The notes beneath the pieces were generated by a model. That model was not told where the DNA came from and made no database searches. It worked only from the letters and a program-made list of their open reading frames with translations. A stretch of 44,250 nucleotides of DNA. It comes from an uncultured Oscillospiraceae bacterium. Lineage in GTDB: Bacteria > Bacillota > Clostridia > Christensenellales > CAG-138. The stretch is taken from NCBI GenBank assembly GCA_964408655.1, contig CAYPAH010000001.1, positions 1 to 44,250 of the forward strand, written 5' to 3'. The translations under genes and the position numbers were made by a program. Shown piece by piece: positions 35,398 through 44,250 of the stretch. Numbering within the stretch: the stretch's first letter is position 1; each line of letters begins with the position of its first letter.

Positions 35398-36258
35398 ATG
35401 TATCTTTCAGATCAATGGAAGGATTACGCCATACTCGACGCGGGCGGCGGCAACAAGCTGGAACGCTGGGGCGAGGTGCTCCTTCTTCGTCCCGATCCGC
35501 AGGCCGCGTGGCCTATGGAATATGACGTCTCCACCGCGGACGCTCACTACCTTCGCTCTCAAACGGGCGGCGGACACTGGGAATATTCAAAGTCCCTGCC
35601 CGAAAGCTGGCATATCCGCTATAAGGATCTGAAGTTCCTCGTGCGGCCTACCGGCTTTAAGCACACCGGACTTTTTCCCGAGCAGGCCGTGAACTGGGAT
35701 TTCATGCGCGAAAGAGTGGAAAGCTTCAAGGCAGGCCGCCCCTTCCGCGCGCTGAATCTTTTCGCCTATACCGGCGGCGCCACCTGCGCGCTTGCGGCCT
35801 CCGGCGCGAACGTCGTGCATGTGGACGCGGCAAAGGGCATGGTGAGCTGGGCAAAGGATAACCTTGCCTGCTGCGGCCTTTCAGACCGCCCTGTTCGCTT
35901 TCTCGTTGACGACGCAATGAAATTCGTGCTTCGCGAAGCCCGCCGCGGCAATTTTTACGACGGCATACTAATGGACCCGCCAAGCTACGGGCGCGGTCCG
36001 GACGGCGAAATGTGGAAAATAGAGAACGACCTTTATCCCCTCGTTGAAGCCTGCGTGCGCATACTTTCAAACGAGGCGAGCTTCTTTTTGATAAATTCCT
36101 ATACCACCGGCCTTGCCCCGTCGGTCATCTCCAATATTCTGCGCGTCGCCCTTAAAGAGCGCGGCGGTCACGCCGAATGCGAAGAGCTGTGCCTGCCAAT
36201 AGAGCGCGGCTCGCTCGTTCTGCCCTGCGGTTCAACAGGCAGGTGGACAAGCGGCTGA
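35398..36258 (+). CDS. Class I SAM-dependent methyltransferase (RlmI/RlmK-like catalytic domain, no PUA)
   Basis: 286 aa. SAM motif I (LNLFAYTGGATCALAASG) and DPPSYGRG motif IV. Confidence 0.75.
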   Translation: MYLSDQWKDYAILDAGGGNKLERWGEVLLLRPDPQAAWPMEYDVSTADAHYLRSQTGGGHWEYSKSLPESWHIRYKDLKFLVRPTGFKHTGLFPEQAVNWDFMRERVESFKAGRPFRALNLFAYTGGATCALAASGANVVHVDAAKGMVSWAKDNLACCGLSDRPVRFLVDDAMKFVLREARRGNFYDGILMDPPSYGRGPDGEMWKIENDLYPLVEACVRILSNEASFFLINSYTTGLAPSVISNILRVALKERGGHAECEELCLPIERGSLVLPCGSTGRWTSG

Positions 36259-36260
36259 TT

Positions 36261-37628
36261 ATGAATATCCTTTATGAAGACAATCATATCCTGGCGGTCG
36301 TAAAGCCCCCCAACCTGCCCGTTCAGGCGGACGCTTCGGGGGATGACGACCTGCTTTCGCAATGCAAGCGTTATATAAAAGAAAAATATAACAAGCCAGG
36401 CGAGGTCTATCTCGGCCTTGTTCACCGTCTTGACCGCCCTGTGGGCGGCGTAATGGTATTTGCCCGCACCAGCAAGGCCGCATCTCGCCTTTCGTCTCAG
36501 TTCAAAAGCCATTCCACGGTGAAAAAATACGCGGCGCTCACGCAGGGCGAGCCTCTCCCGCGAGCGCGTCTGGAGGATCTTCTTTTAAGCGCGGAGGACG
36601 GTTCTTTGCCCTCCCGCGTCAAGGGCGCCTCCGCCCGCGTCGTTCCGGAAGGGACGCAGGGCGCAAAGCAGGCTGTTCTTTCATATGTTCTCGCCGCAAG
36701 CGAAGGCGGGCTCTCGCTTCTTGACGTCACGCTTTTTACGGGGCGGCATCATCAGATACGCGCCCAGCTTTCCGCACATAAAGCGCCCATTTACGGCGAT
36801 CAGCGTTATAATCCCGATGCCGTTCCCGGCGAGCAGCTCGCGCTTTGGGCATATTCCCTGAGCTTTGAGCATCCTACGCTGCACAGCCGCCTTCGCCTTA
36901 GCTCTCTTCCGAGCGGCGGAGCGTGGCAGCCCTTTGAAGAAAAGCTTTCGGCAATGGAAAAGGATATCTATATTTCATATGAAGACGAAAATATCATTGC
37001 CGTGATAAAGCCCGCAAATCTTGAGACCGCTCAGTGCGACGCCGCCCCGGGGAAGGATTCTCTTGAAAGCCGCGTTTCATCGCTTTGCGCCTCTCCAGTT
37101 TATCCGGTGCACAGGCTTGACGCGAACACCACAGGACTCGTGCTTTTCGCGAAGAACACCGAGGCGGAAAAAGCGCTCGGCGAGGCCATATCAAAGCGGA
37201 GGATAAATAAATTTTACCGCTGCGTCGTGAAAAACGAACCCCGCCCCCCAAAGGCCACGCTCAAGGCATGGCTGCTTAAGGACGCTAAGGCCGCGCGCGT
37301 AACGATAAGCGAAACTCAGCAAAACGGCTCAAAAAATATTGAGACGGCATATGAAACCCTCTCTCCCTCAGCTTTGGCCGCCAACGCTTATGAGCTTGAG
37401 GTAGAGCTTTTAACGGGGCGCACCCACCAGATAAGGGCGCATCTCGCCTATGCGGGGCACCCGCTTCTTGGCGATGATAAATACGGCGAGCGGGATTGGA
37501 ACCGCGAAAACAAGGCAAGAGCGCTATATCTGTGCGCCTGCCGCATTTCCTTCAGCCTGCCACCGGATGATCCGCTTTGCTATCTTAACGAAAAAACCTT
37601 CACCGCAACGCCCTTCTGGGCGGAATAA
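36261..37628 (+). CDS. Tandem (double) RluA-family pseudouridine synthase fusion
   Basis: 455 aa from ATG 36261 (2 nt after the upstream stop). Two complete RluA modules. Module 1: ILYEDNHILAVVKPPNL, HRLDRPVGGVMVFAR, GRHHQIRAQL. Module 2: ISYEDENIIAVIKPANL, HRLDANTTGLVLFAK, GRTHQIRAHL. Confidence 0.85.
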   Translation: MNILYEDNHILAVVKPPNLPVQADASGDDDLLSQCKRYIKEKYNKPGEVYLGLVHRLDRPVGGVMVFARTSKAASRLSSQFKSHSTVKKYAALTQGEPLPRARLEDLLLSAEDGSLPSRVKGASARVVPEGTQGAKQAVLSYVLAASEGGLSLLDVTLFTGRHHQIRAQLSAHKAPIYGDQRYNPDAVPGEQLALWAYSLSFEHPTLHSRLRLSSLPSGGAWQPFEEKLSAMEKDIYISYEDENIIAVIKPANLETAQCDAAPGKDSLESRVSSLCASPVYPVHRLDANTTGLVLFAKNTEAEKALGEAISKRRINKFYRCVVKNEPRPPKATLKAWLLKDAKAARVTISETQQNGSKNIETAYETLSPSALAANAYELEVELLTGRTHQIRAHLAYAGHPLLGDDKYGERDWNRENKARALYLCACRISFSLPPDDPLCYLNEKTFTATPFWAE

Positions 37629-37644
37629 CGAGAGGAGGAACCAT

Positions 37645-38316
37645 ATGCAGACCTTTCGCAGCCTAGACATTATCGGCCCACGCATGATCGGCCCCAGCAG
37701 CTCGCACACGGCGGGCGCGGCACGACTTTCACATGTGGCGTGGCAGGTCTCCGGACGCGATGTGAAAAGCGCGCTTTTGATACTTTACGGCTCGTTCGCC
37801 AAAACGGGCAGCGGCCACGGCACCGACAAAGCCCTGCTTGCAGGAGTTCTCGGCCTTGCTCCCGACGACGAAAAGCTGCGCTATTCGCGCCTTCTCGCGC
37901 AGGAGGCAGGCGTAGAATACCGCTTTGAATTCAGCGAGGACACGCCGGGGGATTATGCCAATATGGCGCGAATAATCATAACCGGACATGACGATCACAT
38001 AACAAACGTTCTCGGCGCTTCCATAGGCGGCGGCAACATACTCATCAGCGAGATAAACGGGATGCAGGTGCAGTTCACGGGAGAATATCCCACGCTTATC
38101 GTGAGCCATCAGGATATGCCCGGCATGATAAGCGCCGTCACCGGCCTTTTGGCCGAAAAGGGAATAAACATCGCCGAAATGCGCGTTTATCGCGACGGCA
38201 AGGGCAGAAAAGCATACATGGCGATAGAAACGGACGCGCTTATAAGCGAAAACGTGCTTGACGAGATAATGCATATGCCCCACGTCAACCGTCTTTGCAT
38301 GATAGACAACCGCTGA
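37645..38316 (+). CDS. sdaAB: L-serine dehydratase, iron-sulfur-dependent, beta subunit
   Basis: 223 aa from ATG 37645 (GAGGAGG RBS). IIGPRMIGPSSSHTAGA motif and a C-terminal ACT-like domain. Confidence 0.9.
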   Translation: MQTFRSLDIIGPRMIGPSSSHTAGAARLSHVAWQVSGRDVKSALLILYGSFAKTGSGHGTDKALLAGVLGLAPDDEKLRYSRLLAQEAGVEYRFEFSEDTPGDYANMARIIITGHDDHITNVLGASIGGGNILISEINGMQVQFTGEYPTLIVSHQDMPGMISAVTGLLAEKGINIAEMRVYRDGKGRKAYMAIETDALISENVLDEIMHMPHVNRLCMIDNR

Positions 38317-38333
38317 AAGGGGGAGAAGGAAGC

Positions 38334-39215
38334 ATGTCATATGATTTTACGAGCGGCGAAACGCTTTTGAGCATTTGCAAAGAAGAAGATCTTCCCATAA
38401 GCGAGGTGATGCAGCTTCGCGAGCTTGATTTCGGCGAGCTGGATCGCGCGAAGCTGCGCGAAGAAATGCGGCTGAACCTTGAAACGATGCGCGCTGCTTT
38501 AAAGAAGGGTCTTGAAGAGGAGCACGAGTCCGTTTCGGGTCTTTCCGGAAAGGATGCTCAGCGCCTTCTCTCTTATGCCGAAGATTCGCTTCTTGGCAAA
38601 ACTATGGCTCTCGCCTGCGCGGGAGCTATGGCCGTGGTCGAGGTCAACTCCTCTATGGGCAGGATAGTCGCGGCTCCTACTGCGGGAGCCTGCGGTATAT
38701 TGCCCGGCCCTCTCTTTATTTTTGCGAAGGAGCGCGGCTGGAACGACGAGTCTCTTATCGATTCTCTCTTTACTGCGGCTGCGATAGGCAGCATAATCGC
38801 CTCAAACGCCACGCTTGCGGGCGCCGAGGGCGGCTGTCAGGCGGAGACCGGCAGCGCCGCCGCAATGACGGCCGCGGCTCTTGTTGAGCTTTGCGGCGGA
38901 AAGCCCGCGCAGGTTTTGGACGCGGCCTCATTCGCCCTGAAAAACATTCTCGGCCTCGTCTGCGACCCTGTTGCGGGGCTCGTTGAGTGTCCCTGCATAA
39001 AGCGCAACGCCCTGGGAGCCGCAAACGCCGTGCTCTCGGCCGATATGGCTCTTTGCGGCATGAGCGCCCTCATCCCCTTCGACGAAGCAGTGATCGCAAT
39101 GAGAAACGTCGGCAAAATGATGAACGGCGACCTTCGCGAAACAGCTCGCGGCGGGTTGGCTTCAACGCCAAGCGGCAGGCGCATACGCGAAGAGCTTGGC
39201 TTTGAAAAAGGCTGA
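38334..39215 (+). CDS. sdaAA: L-serine dehydratase, iron-sulfur-dependent, alpha subunit
   Basis: 293 aa from ATG 38334. Cys ligand motifs (GACGILPG; EGGCQAE; VECPCIKRNA). Confidence 0.9.
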   Translation: MSYDFTSGETLLSICKEEDLPISEVMQLRELDFGELDRAKLREEMRLNLETMRAALKKGLEEEHESVSGLSGKDAQRLLSYAEDSLLGKTMALACAGAMAVVEVNSSMGRIVAAPTAGACGILPGPLFIFAKERGWNDESLIDSLFTAAAIGSIIASNATLAGAEGGCQAETGSAAAMTAAALVELCGGKPAQVLDAASFALKNILGLVCDPVAGLVECPCIKRNALGAANAVLSADMALCGMSALIPFDEAVIAMRNVGKMMNGDLRETARGGLASTPSGRRIREELGFEKG

Positions 39216-39362
39216 GTATAGCTTGGAGCAAAAAATATGGATATCAGACCCGCAGCGGTTTTCTTGAAAGCGGTGATTTTTTAAAACGACAATATCGGCG
39301 GCAAAGCGCTTCGCGAGATCATGTATACGAAACGCATTGCAGATCGATAATCACTGATCTTA

Positions 39363-40628
39363 TCAAACTCTCTTTATATCCGCGCCTATAGCGCGCAGCT
39401 TCTGTTCGAGATATTCATAGCCGCGGTCTATATATTTGATGTGGTGTATCTCGCTTCTGCCCTGACCCATCAGCGCCGCCACGATAAGCGCCGCGCCCGC
39501 GCGAAGGTCGGTGGCGTATAGCATAGCGCCCGAAAGGTTCGGCACGCCCTCTACTATCGCCGTGCGTCCGTTTATCGTTATGTTCGCGCCCATTCGCCTA
39601 AGCTCGGGCACATGGTTGAATCTTTCTTCAAAGATATTTTCCACTATAAAGCTGTTGCCCTCGGCGGTGGATAACAGCGCCATCATAGGCTGCTGCAGAT
39701 CCGTCGGGAAGCCGGGATAGGGCAGGGTCTTTATATTCACTGCTCTTGGGCGGCCTTGATCGGCGGTTACGCGCAAAAAGAACTCGCGCCCGTCGTCGCC
39801 CTCTATCACCTTTATGCCCGCCTCCATCAGCTTTGCGGAAATAGCCTCCAAATGCGTAGGTATAACGTTGTTTATCACAACGTCGCCGCCCGTCGCGGCT
39901 GCCGCTATCATATAAGTTCCGGCCTCTATCTGGTCGGGAATGATGGCGTAGCTGCATCCGTGCAGCTTTCTGCCGCCGCGTATGCGTATAACGTCGGTAC
40001 CCGCGCCTTTTACGCTCGCCCCCATCATATTCAGAAAGTTCGCCACGTCAACGACGTGCGGCTCTTTCGCGGCGTTGTTGATTATCGTTAATCCCTCTGC
40101 GCCAACGGCGGCCAGCATTATGTTTATGGTCGCGCCAACGCTCACAACGTCAAGATATATCTCTGCGCCTATAAGCTCCTTGGCCTTGGCCGTGACCATG
40201 CCGTTTTCTATTTTTACCTCCGCGCCCAAAGCGCGCATACCCTTGATATGCTGGTCGATAGGCCTCTGCCCTATAAGGCAGCCGCCGGGCAGGGCGATCT
40301 GCGCATATTTATATCTTCCAAGCATCGCGCCAAGCAAATAATATGAAGCGCGAAGCGAGCGCACCATTTCATAATCCACATTGAATTCGTTTATTCCGCG
40401 CGGATCAACGCGCATACTGCCATCGGGCGTAAAGTCCACCTGAGCGCCCATGCGCTTGAGTATAGCCTCGAGGGTGCGCACATCGTTTATGCGCGGCAGA
40501 TTTTCCAATAAGCAGCTTTCGCCCGAGAGTATCGTTGCGGGAATTATCGCTAGCGAGGCGTTTTTCGCGCCGCTCACCGTAACGACGCCCTCAAGGGGCT
40601 TGCCGCCGTTTATTATATAATGAGCCAT
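39363..40628 (-). CDS. murA: UDP-N-acetylglucosamine 1-carboxyvinyltransferase
   Basis: 421 aa. GAKNASL near the N-terminus, active-site loop LPGGCLIGQRPID, and typical length. Confidence 0.95.
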   Translation of the reverse strand: MAHYIINGGKPLEGVVTVSGAKNASLAIIPATILSGESCLLENLPRINDVRTLEAILKRMGAQVDFTPDGSMRVDPRGINEFNVDYEMVRSLRASYYLLGAMLGRYKYAQIALPGGCLIGQRPIDQHIKGMRALGAEVKIENGMVTAKAKELIGAEIYLDVVSVGATINIMLAAVGAEGLTIINNAAKEPHVVDVANFLNMMGASVKGAGTDVIRIRGGRKLHGCSYAIIPDQIEAGTYMIAAAATGGDVVINNVIPTHLEAISAKLMEAGIKVIEGDDGREFFLRVTADQGRPRAVNIKTLPYPGFPTDLQQPMMALLSTAEGNSFIVENIFEERFNHVPELRRMGANITINGRTAIVEGVPNLSGAMLYATDLRAGAALIVAALMGQGRSEIHHIKYIDRGYEYLEQKLRAIGADIKRV

Positions 40629-40697
40629 GTCAATCTTTCCTTTTATAACAGTTCAACGGGCGTATCATACCATACCCGACTTGATTTGTACAGTATG

Positions 40698-42071
40698 TCA
40701 ATCCAGATAATAGCGTGGATTATAGGCTTCACCGTCTATGCGCAGCTCAAAATGAAGATGCGGCTCGTCCGCGTTTCCGCTCTTCCCCATTATGCCGATA
40801 GCTTCGCCCGCGTTCACATGATCGCCAAGGTTCACGGGAGCCTCCGCCAAATGCGCATAGCGCGTAACAAAACCCTCGCCGTGGTCTATCTCTACCATCA
40901 ATCCGTAGCCGCCGCGTTCCATTTTGCATACCACCGTGCCGCCGCAGGCCGCGAGCACTCTTGCCGCCTCCTGCTTTGAGCTGTAATCCAGCCCAAGATG
41001 CAATATCCCCGCGCTCTGCCCGTAATTCAATGTCACCTCGCCGTCCTCAAGCGGCGAAACAAAGCTGAGATCTTCCGCCTCTCTGCCCTTTTTGCCCTCT
41101 CGTCTTCCCGGCTCGTCGTCGTCTTTTATCTTTTGCGTGCCGACTCTCACTATCCTGTCCCGCGCCTCAAGCCCGGTGATCTTTTCCTGTTCGCTCTCGG
41201 TTCTTCTTCGCCCGTTTTTATAAACGACGCTGCGGGTCGTGACGATCTTGCCGTCGCGTCCGGGGTCTTCTATTATACTCGTGCCTTTAAGAAGATATTT
41301 GTCGTCGCTCTCTTTTGTCTTCGCGCTTACTATCTCCTCCTCCGTGGCCGTTTCCGTAGTGATAACGTCCAGCCGCGTGTTTTTTGAGCAAAGAGTTTCA
41401 AATAATTCCTCCGCGGAGGAAAGCTCATCGTCGGCCGTTTCCGGCGCGGGCAGGAATTCCACCACATTGTCTATCGTCGTTCTCAGTTCGCCCTTTATCT
41501 CATATTCCTCGCGTATCTGCGCCTCGAAATAATCGCAGACCTCGTTTAGCAGCGCCGCCGCCGCCTCATGGCTCACCAATACTCCGATCGTTCTTTCATC
41601 CACCACCAGCGCCGTGCGTTCATAGCCCTGCGCGGCAGGCTCAATGACCGCCATCTCGGGCCCGCTCATCACAGGAAGCAGCACCTGCGCTTCGGGCGTG
41701 GGTCTTGGCGCGGCCGTAGGGCGGGGCGTGGGCGTGGGCGTTGGCTGAGGCTCGGGATAAAGCCTTGGCGAGCGAACTAAAAAAGCGGCGATGCAAAGCA
41801 GAACGAGCACAGCCGCAAGCGAGGGCGCAAGCCAGCCGGAGCGATCGGGCTTTTCTTCTTCTTCATCCTCTTCGCCCATAAGCTGCGCAAGAAACACAGC
41901 GGGGTCCTTTCCGTTGAAGGGATCATAGGCTCCGCGCACTGCCTTATCCGGAAGCTGCCCTATATAAAAGGACGAAAGCTGTTCTTTTTCTTCTTCCTTC
42001 TCCGAAGGCTTATTATTCGTGTTTTCTTCGTTATTCTCCGGCATATTGCCGTTTTCGCGCTTTTCTTCCAT
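40698..42071 (-). CDS. Membrane-anchored G5-domain / M23 metallopeptidase
   Basis: 457 aa from ATG 42071. TM helix, Pro/Thr linker, G5-like domain (IVTTRSVVYKNGRRR...IVRVGTQK), and C-terminal M23 (HLGLDY; GYGLMVEIDHGEGFVTRYAHL; PHLHFELR). Confidence 0.85.
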   Translation of the reverse strand: MEEKRENGNMPENNEENTNNKPSEKEEEKEQLSSFYIGQLPDKAVRGAYDPFNGKDPAVFLAQLMGEEDEEEEKPDRSGWLAPSLAAVLVLLCIAAFLVRSPRLYPEPQPTPTPTPRPTAAPRPTPEAQVLLPVMSGPEMAVIEPAAQGYERTALVVDERTIGVLVSHEAAAALLNEVCDYFEAQIREEYEIKGELRTTIDNVVEFLPAPETADDELSSAEELFETLCSKNTRLDVITTETATEEEIVSAKTKESDDKYLLKGTSIIEDPGRDGKIVTTRSVVYKNGRRRTESEQEKITGLEARDRIVRVGTQKIKDDDEPGRREGKKGREAEDLSFVSPLEDGEVTLNYGQSAGILHLGLDYSSKQEAARVLAACGGTVVCKMERGGYGLMVEIDHGEGFVTRYAHLAEAPVNLGDHVNAGEAIGIMGKSGNADEPHLHFELRIDGEAYNPRYYLD

Positions 42072-42078
42072 GCTTCGT

Positions 42079-42087
42079 ATTATAGCA
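42079..42087 (-). promoter_or_regulatory. Extended -10 promoter (TGcTATAAT) 7 nt upstream of the M23 peptidase ATG
   Basis: Minus-strand sequence TGCTATAATACGAAGCATG. No Shine-Dalgarno between the -10 and the ATG, compatible with a leaderless transcript. Confidence 0.4.
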
Positions 42088-42099
42088 TAAATCCCGCCG

Positions 42100-42134
42100 A
42101 TAAAAAATAGCGGAGAAGCCGCAGCCTCTCCGCC
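42100..42134 (-). terminator. Intrinsic terminator downstream of thiT
   Basis: Minus strand GCGGAGA-N10-TCTCCGC followed by TATTTTTTAT, about 30 nt after the thiT stop. Confidence 0.75.
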
Positions 42135-42165
42135 AATAATTCCCTTATTTCGCCTGGCGCTCCCT

Positions 42166-42711
42166 TTATGCCGCGCCAAGCGAGAGCTTGTCGGCCAGCT
42201 TCTTTACCGGCGGCAGCAGCGCCACTATCACGCAAAGCGCGGCGTCAACGCCGATGGTGCTCAAATTATAAACAACAGAGTAGAGCCATGCGTTGCTCCA
42301 GCCGGCCTCGGCCGCATAGCTTGAAAAAAACACGGCGCCCGAAATGATAGAGCATATCATGCGGCCTATGCCGCCCGCCGCCGCGCCCAAGGCATATTTT
42401 TTCGGGAAAAGCGAGGCGAGGCCAAGAGCCGTGAAGGCGAGGAAATAATCCAGAATAAACTGCGCCGGATGCACTATATAAGCGCCCTGTATCACCTGCA
42501 AAACGCCGTAGGCAAATGCGGCAATGAAGCCGTAGCGCGGGCCGAAGGCGCAGGCGTAAAGGCAAAGCGGCAACATGCTGCAAAGGGTGATCGAGCCGCC
42601 CATAGGCATAGAAAAGAGCTTGACGTAGCTGAGCGCGAAGGATAAGGCGATGCTCAGCGCCGCATAGACCAGCTTGCGGATATTTGCGTTGCTGTTGTTT
42701 CTTTTTTCCAT
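42166..42711 (-). CDS. thiT: ECF-transporter S component, thiamine-specific (ThiT)
   Basis: 181 aa from ATG 42711 (GGAGG 9 nt upstream). About 6 TM helices. Specificity is inferred from the TPP riboswitch directly upstream. Confidence 0.8.
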   Translation of the reverse strand: MEKRNNSNANIRKLVYAALSIALSFALSYVKLFSMPMGGSITLCSMLPLCLYACAFGPRYGFIAAFAYGVLQVIQGAYIVHPAQFILDYFLAFTALGLASLFPKKYALGAAAGGIGRMICSIISGAVFFSSYAAEAGWSNAWLYSVVYNLSTIGVDAALCVIVALLPPVKKLADKLSLGAA

Positions 42712-42732
42712 TGTGTTTGTTCCTCCGTTTGA

Positions 42733-42769
42733 TGATAAAAAAGAAAAGTCCCCGCATAGAAACGGGGAC
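42733..42769 (-). terminator. Riboswitch expression-platform terminator
   Basis: Minus strand GTCCCCG-UUUCUAUG-CGGGGAC followed by UUUUCUUUUUU, between the TPP aptamer and the thiT RBS. Confidence 0.8.
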
Positions 42770-42790
42770 ACACAATGTTTTTTTAAGTAT

Positions 42791-42880
42791 GTTCCGCTTC
42801 CCTACGCCGGTATTACCCGAACAGGTTCCCGGGGTGTTATCTCAGCCCTGCGGCCATCGCCGCACAGCACCCCCAGCAGG
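42791..42880 (-). promoter_or_regulatory. TPP (THI-box) riboswitch aptamer
   Basis: Minus-strand sequence CUGGGGGUGC...GGGCUGAGAUAACACCC...GAACCUGUUCGGGUAAUACCGGCGUAGGGAAGC contains the conserved GGGGUGC, CUGAGA, ACCUG and UAAUACC.GCG.AGGGA elements. Confidence 0.9.
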
Positions 42881-42900
42881 AGATTTTTCTTTTCGCCGTT

Positions 42901-42929
42901 ATTGTATAACTAAGCCTCGCTTATGTCAA
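42901..42929 (-). promoter_or_regulatory. Promoter for the TPP riboswitch-thiT unit
   Basis: Minus strand TTGACA (42929-42924), 17-nt spacer, TACAAT (42906-42901), about 15-20 nt upstream of the aptamer. Confidence 0.6.
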
Positions 42930-42983
42930 GCGGCCAAAAAAGAGGCTTTTTACGAAAAAATCCCGAAAATATGCTCAATACTC

Positions 42984-43013
42984 TTGCTTTTTTTAGTTAA
43001 ACAATGCTATAAT
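42984..43013 (+). promoter_or_regulatory. Promoter for typA
   Basis: TTGCTT (42984-42989), 18-nt spacer ending in TGc, TATAAT (43008-43013). Confidence 0.55.
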
Positions 43014-43077
43014 TCACTGTTTGTGTTAAGTAGCTTTTGTGTTTTAGGCAAAAGGCTGGAAATAGAGGTAAAACCGC

Positions 43078-44250
43078 ATGGATATCAAACGAAACGAAAA
43101 ACTGCGCAATGTTGCGATAATCGCCCACGTCGACCACGGCAAAACCACTCTCGTCGATCAGCTTTTAAGGCAGAGCGGCGTATTCAGAGCCAATGAGCAG
43201 GTGCAGGAGCGCGTTATGGACTCCGGCGATATCGAGCGCGAGCGCGGTATAACCATACTTTCAAAAAATACGGCCGTTAATTATAAGGACTGCCGCATCA
43301 ATATCGTTGACACTCCGGGTCACGCGGACTTTGGCGGCGAGGTAGAGCGCATACTTCAAATGGTGGACGGCGTTCTTCTTCTCGTTGACGCCTTCGAAGG
43401 CTGTATGCCGCAGACCCGCTTCGTGCTTCGCAAGGCTCTCGAGCTTGGAAAGGTCCCCGTAGTGGTAATAAACAAGATCGATCGTCCCGGTGCGCGTCCC
43501 TACGAAGTGGTCGACGAAACTCTCGAGCTTTTCATGGAGCTTGGCGCAAGCGCGGAGCAGCTTGATTTTCCCGTTGTTTACGCAAGCGCCCGCGAGGGCA
43601 ACTCGGGCATGGATATAGACAAGCTTCAGCCCAATATGGAGGCTGTGTTTGAAACGATAATCAATACCGTTCCCGCTCCCGCCTGCGATCCCGACGCGCC
43701 GCTTCAAATACTCTTTTCCTCAATAGATTACGATGATTATGTCGGCAGGATAGGCGTTGGGCGCATAGTGCGCGGCAAGGCTGTGAGAAACGGCATCGTC
43801 GCTCTCTGCGGCGGCGCTTCAAATCAGCGCCACGACGTTAAGCTTTCGCGCCTGTATCGCTTTGAGGGCTTGAAGCGCGTAGAGGTCGAGTCCGCCGAAG
43901 CGGGCGAGATCGTCGCCGTCGCAGGAGTTACCGGCCTTTCCATCGGCGAAACCGCCTGCGATATCGAGTGCATAGAGCCGCTGCCCTTCGTGCATATAGA
44001 CGAGCCTACCGTCGCCATGATGTTCATGGTGAACGACAGCCCCTTTGCAGGAAGAGAGGGCAAATATGTCACCTCCCGCAATTTGAGAGACCGCCTTTTC
44101 AAAGAAGTGGAAACTAACGTCTCCATGCGCGTTGAAGAGACCGAGTCCACCGATATGTTCAAGGTGAGCGGGCGCGGCGAGCTGCATCTTTCCATACTCA
44201 TTGAAACGATGCGCCGTCAGGATTATGAGTTTTCCGTTTCGCGCCCCAAG
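43078..44250 (+). CDS. typA: Translational GTPase TypA/BipA (3' end outside window)
   Basis: Frame open from ATG 43078 to the window end; absent from the ORF track because it has no stop. Translation reads [30 protein letters not shown]..., with [14 protein letters not shown] and VINKIDRP, the G1/G3/G4 motifs of TypA. Confidence 0.95.
   Translation, partial: MDIKRNEKLRNVAIIAHVDHGKTTLVDQLLRQSGVFRANEQVQERVMDSGDIERERGITILSKNTAVNYKDCRINIVDTPGHADFGGEVERILQMVDGVLLLVDAFEGCMPQTRFVLRKALELGKVPVVVINKIDRPGARPYEVVDETLELFMELGASAEQLDFPVVYASAREGNSGMDIDKLQPNMEAVFETIINTVPAPACDPDAPLQILFSSIDYDDYVGRIGVGRIVRGKAVRNGIVALCGGASNQRHDVKLSRLYRFEGLKRVEVESAEAGEIVAVAGVTGLSIGETACDIECIEPLPFVHIDEPTVAMMFMVNDSPFAGREGKYVTSRNLRDRLFKEVETNVSMRVEETESTDMFKVSGRGELHLSILIETMRRQDYEFSVSRPK

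Noticed and set aside
39216-39362. Possible terminators or a small RNA in the convergent sdaAA/murA spacer
   Set aside because: Only 4-5 bp stems could be drawn (CCGC...GCGG before ATTTTTT; AGATC...GATCT). This is too weak to annotate.
42266-42775. 169-aa alternative-frame ORF overlapping thiT
   Set aside because: It is on the same strand but out of frame with a clear multi-TM ECF S component that has a GGAGG RBS and riboswitch. Its translation is Arg/Leu/Gly-rich with no features.
1-44250. Scan for CRISPR arrays, tRNA/rRNA genes, IS elements or transposases, toxin-antitoxin pairs and restriction-modification genes
   Set aside because: No repeat-spacer periodicity, no cloverleaf-like or rRNA-like segments in the few intergenic regions, and no ORF with DDE/HUH/serine- or tyrosine-recombinase motifs was recognised by eye. 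Absence was not proven computationally.

Overview
High-GC Firmicutes/Clostridia-type chromosomal window (sigH, cwlD, mrnC-thyX-rlmB synteny; taxonomy is inference), densely coding. Most of it is housekeeping: lysS, greA, dusB, sigH, rlmB, thyX, mrnC, cwlD, tsaD, an LCP protein, two tandem signal peptidases, pepP-like, dapF, a DAG-kinase-like lipid kinase, cvpA, a tandem RluA fusion, sdaAB/sdaAA, murA, an M23/G5 peptidase, a TPP-riboswitch-controlled thiT, and typA (3' partial). The accessory part is 13.2-27.7 kb. (1) An ~11.7 kb single-strand phage-like operon runs: small acidic ORF, large terminase, portal, scaffold, major capsid, two small proteins, two large tail-like proteins, LysM protein, NlpC/P60 endolysin, XhlA-like protein, holin, tiny LPXTG protein. 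I could recognise no integrase, repressor, replication, tape-measure or sheath gene in it, and housekeeping genes flank it. It may be a domesticated, podovirus-style GTA-like particle module or a defective prophage. (2) Divergently transcribed from it is an orphan MoxR/NorQ-like AAA+ ATPase (atypical GKN P-loop) translationally coupled to a 577-aa protein with a C-terminal VWA/MIDAS domain, with no recognisable client enzyme nearby. The control region holds a 23-nt motif present twice. Other oddities include a signal-peptidase paralog lacking both catalytic residues, a double RluA pseudouridine synthase, and an RGG-rich extension on RlmB. No rRNA, tRNA, CRISPR or IS element was recognised. All family calls come from motif recognition by eye, with no searches run.
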